Source of the DNA: Rhynchobatus australiae
Taxonomy: Eukaryota
Reading direction: 5' to 3'
DNA length: 64,000 nucleotides
Assembly: GCA_034780895.1 (NCBI GenBank)
Contig: JAUZTB010000064.1
Span: 64,740,665-64,804,664, forward strand
The notes under the pieces were generated by a model. That model was given only the letters and a program-made list of their open reading frames with translations, was not told where the DNA came from and did no database searches. Both the position numbers and the translations under genes were made by a program. Position 1 is the first letter of the stretch. The number at the start of each line of letters is the position of its first letter. Of the stretch, positions 62,691 through 64,000 are shown in pieces.

Positions 62691-63464
62691 ATTTTTTTGA
62701 AGTTAGGATAAGGGTGCCCTTTATTTTGACAACAATCAATGAAAATTTTGTATTAAGAATTCTTGAGCAATGGTTTGAAAATAAAATGTTAATAACTCAG
62801 CTGTTAAGAATGGAAGAATCTCGCTATGTAACATTGACTATATGGCATTTTGCTGGAACATTTATTCCTATAATTGCTGTGACAGAAGTTTGATTTGACT
62901 TGTGCATGCACCATAATTGAACAGTTAGATGCATAAACAAGATATTTGCATAACATGTCATTCTTCAGTACATTCCCACCCACTTTGTTAATCTTAGTGC
63001 AGTTCATTCGCCTGATCCATCTGATATTAATTTGAATCCCCACAGATGTGACTGACAGGACAAAAGAATACACTAATTTGTACATTAAGAGTGGAGAAAT
63101 AAACAACTGACGACCAATCTCTTCCTTTCTTTCAGTATTTTATGATTTGCTGCCTTATATTAGAAATTTATTTTAATTCCAAAGGTTGAAGTATAAATCT
63201 GCTTTAAGATTAATATTATTTAATTTTCATGTAAAATATTTGCCAAGTGGAGATTTAGCTCATGTACCATGTGTTAGGTTGAGAATGTGTCTTCTGGATG
63301 ACAGGTCTGAGAGCCCAAATAATTTCAACGAGATTGATAGTTGCTGTCAAATATACAGCAGAAAAATATTAACAAAGGTACTAAGGTTGAAAGGTCTCTG
63401 TTATATAGCTCACGTGAGAAAAGGATCACATAGAGGTGAAATGGGAGTACACACCCATGAAAAA

Positions 63465-63790
63465 TAATTTCCACATATAATGCCTTTAATGCAGCAAAGA
63501 TATCCTGGGAGGTTCTCGGAATCAATTATTAAACAAAACAGTGGCATGGTGTCACACAAGGCCAATGGCTAAGTTGAAGGAATCAGCTTTAAGGAACATG
63601 CTTAAGGGGCACCTTAAGAAGAAAAAAATGGCAAGGTTGTTCCAGAGATTAGGACCCTAGTAGTTGAAAGCAGGGCCACTATGAGAGGAATGATTAAAAC
63701 TGAGGATGCTTGAAATGCCAGAATTGTATTCATTATTTTAAATGCAAGTGTTGGGTCATGTTGAGGCAGATTCATATTGTACACTTTTTG
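63465..63790 (-). mobile_element. L2 LINE 3' fragment
   Basis: catataatgcctttaatgcagcaaagatatcc...cagctttaaggaacatgcttaa...ttccagagattagg, in reverse orientation to the L2 ends at 11.5, 26.1 and 62.6 kb. Confidence 0.6.
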
Positions 63791-64000
63791 AATAAGAATT
63801 TTTGAATGTCCAAGATATGGCCACACAGCACAAAATACTAAAAGAAAGGAAGAGATTTATTTCCATTTGTTTATTTCTCTATTTTTATCTTGGAGAGTTG
63901 TGGGATTAGAAGGGATTATGGCAATAGCGTGATTTGATAGACTTTGAAAAAGAGATGAAAACTTGTCAAACAATTTGGGTAAAGCTATTGATTTTCAAAC

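Noticed and set aside
43903-64000. APBB2 WW-domain exon (DLPPGW...YYWH)
   Set aside because: Not present in the ORF track and not spotted by eye; probably beyond the window.

Overview
This is vertebrate genomic DNA, most likely from a cartilaginous fish (shark/ray). That assignment is inferred from the repeat content: CR1, L2, Rex1/Babar and Penelope retroelements plus V-type tRNA SINEs. The assembly is a draft with many N gaps. The window lies inside one large + strand gene, APBB2 (Fe65-like 1). It holds the large N-terminal coding exon (43108-43902), the 70-nt exon that carries the start codon in human (41065-41134; here CTA stands where ATG is expected) and two further candidate upstream exons (24056-24158, 27305-27398). 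The WW/PTB exons were not seen and probably lie beyond the window. The rest is intron, rich in decayed and often nested retroelements. The main points worth follow-up are: (i) apparent start-codon turnover in APBB2, with a possible splice switch that turns upstream ATGs into either uORFs or N-terminal extensions; (ii) three fold-back inverted duplications, two of them inside old L2 elements; (iii) Penelope-associated minimal hammerhead ribozyme remnants; (iv) a probable solo LTR and a 76-bp dispersed direct repeat; (v) motif-rich, repeat-free candidate enhancers. I found no prokaryote-type system and no intact novel protein-coding gene. Repeat boundaries are approximate (tens of bp). Family names and comparisons with human come from recalled motifs, not database searches.
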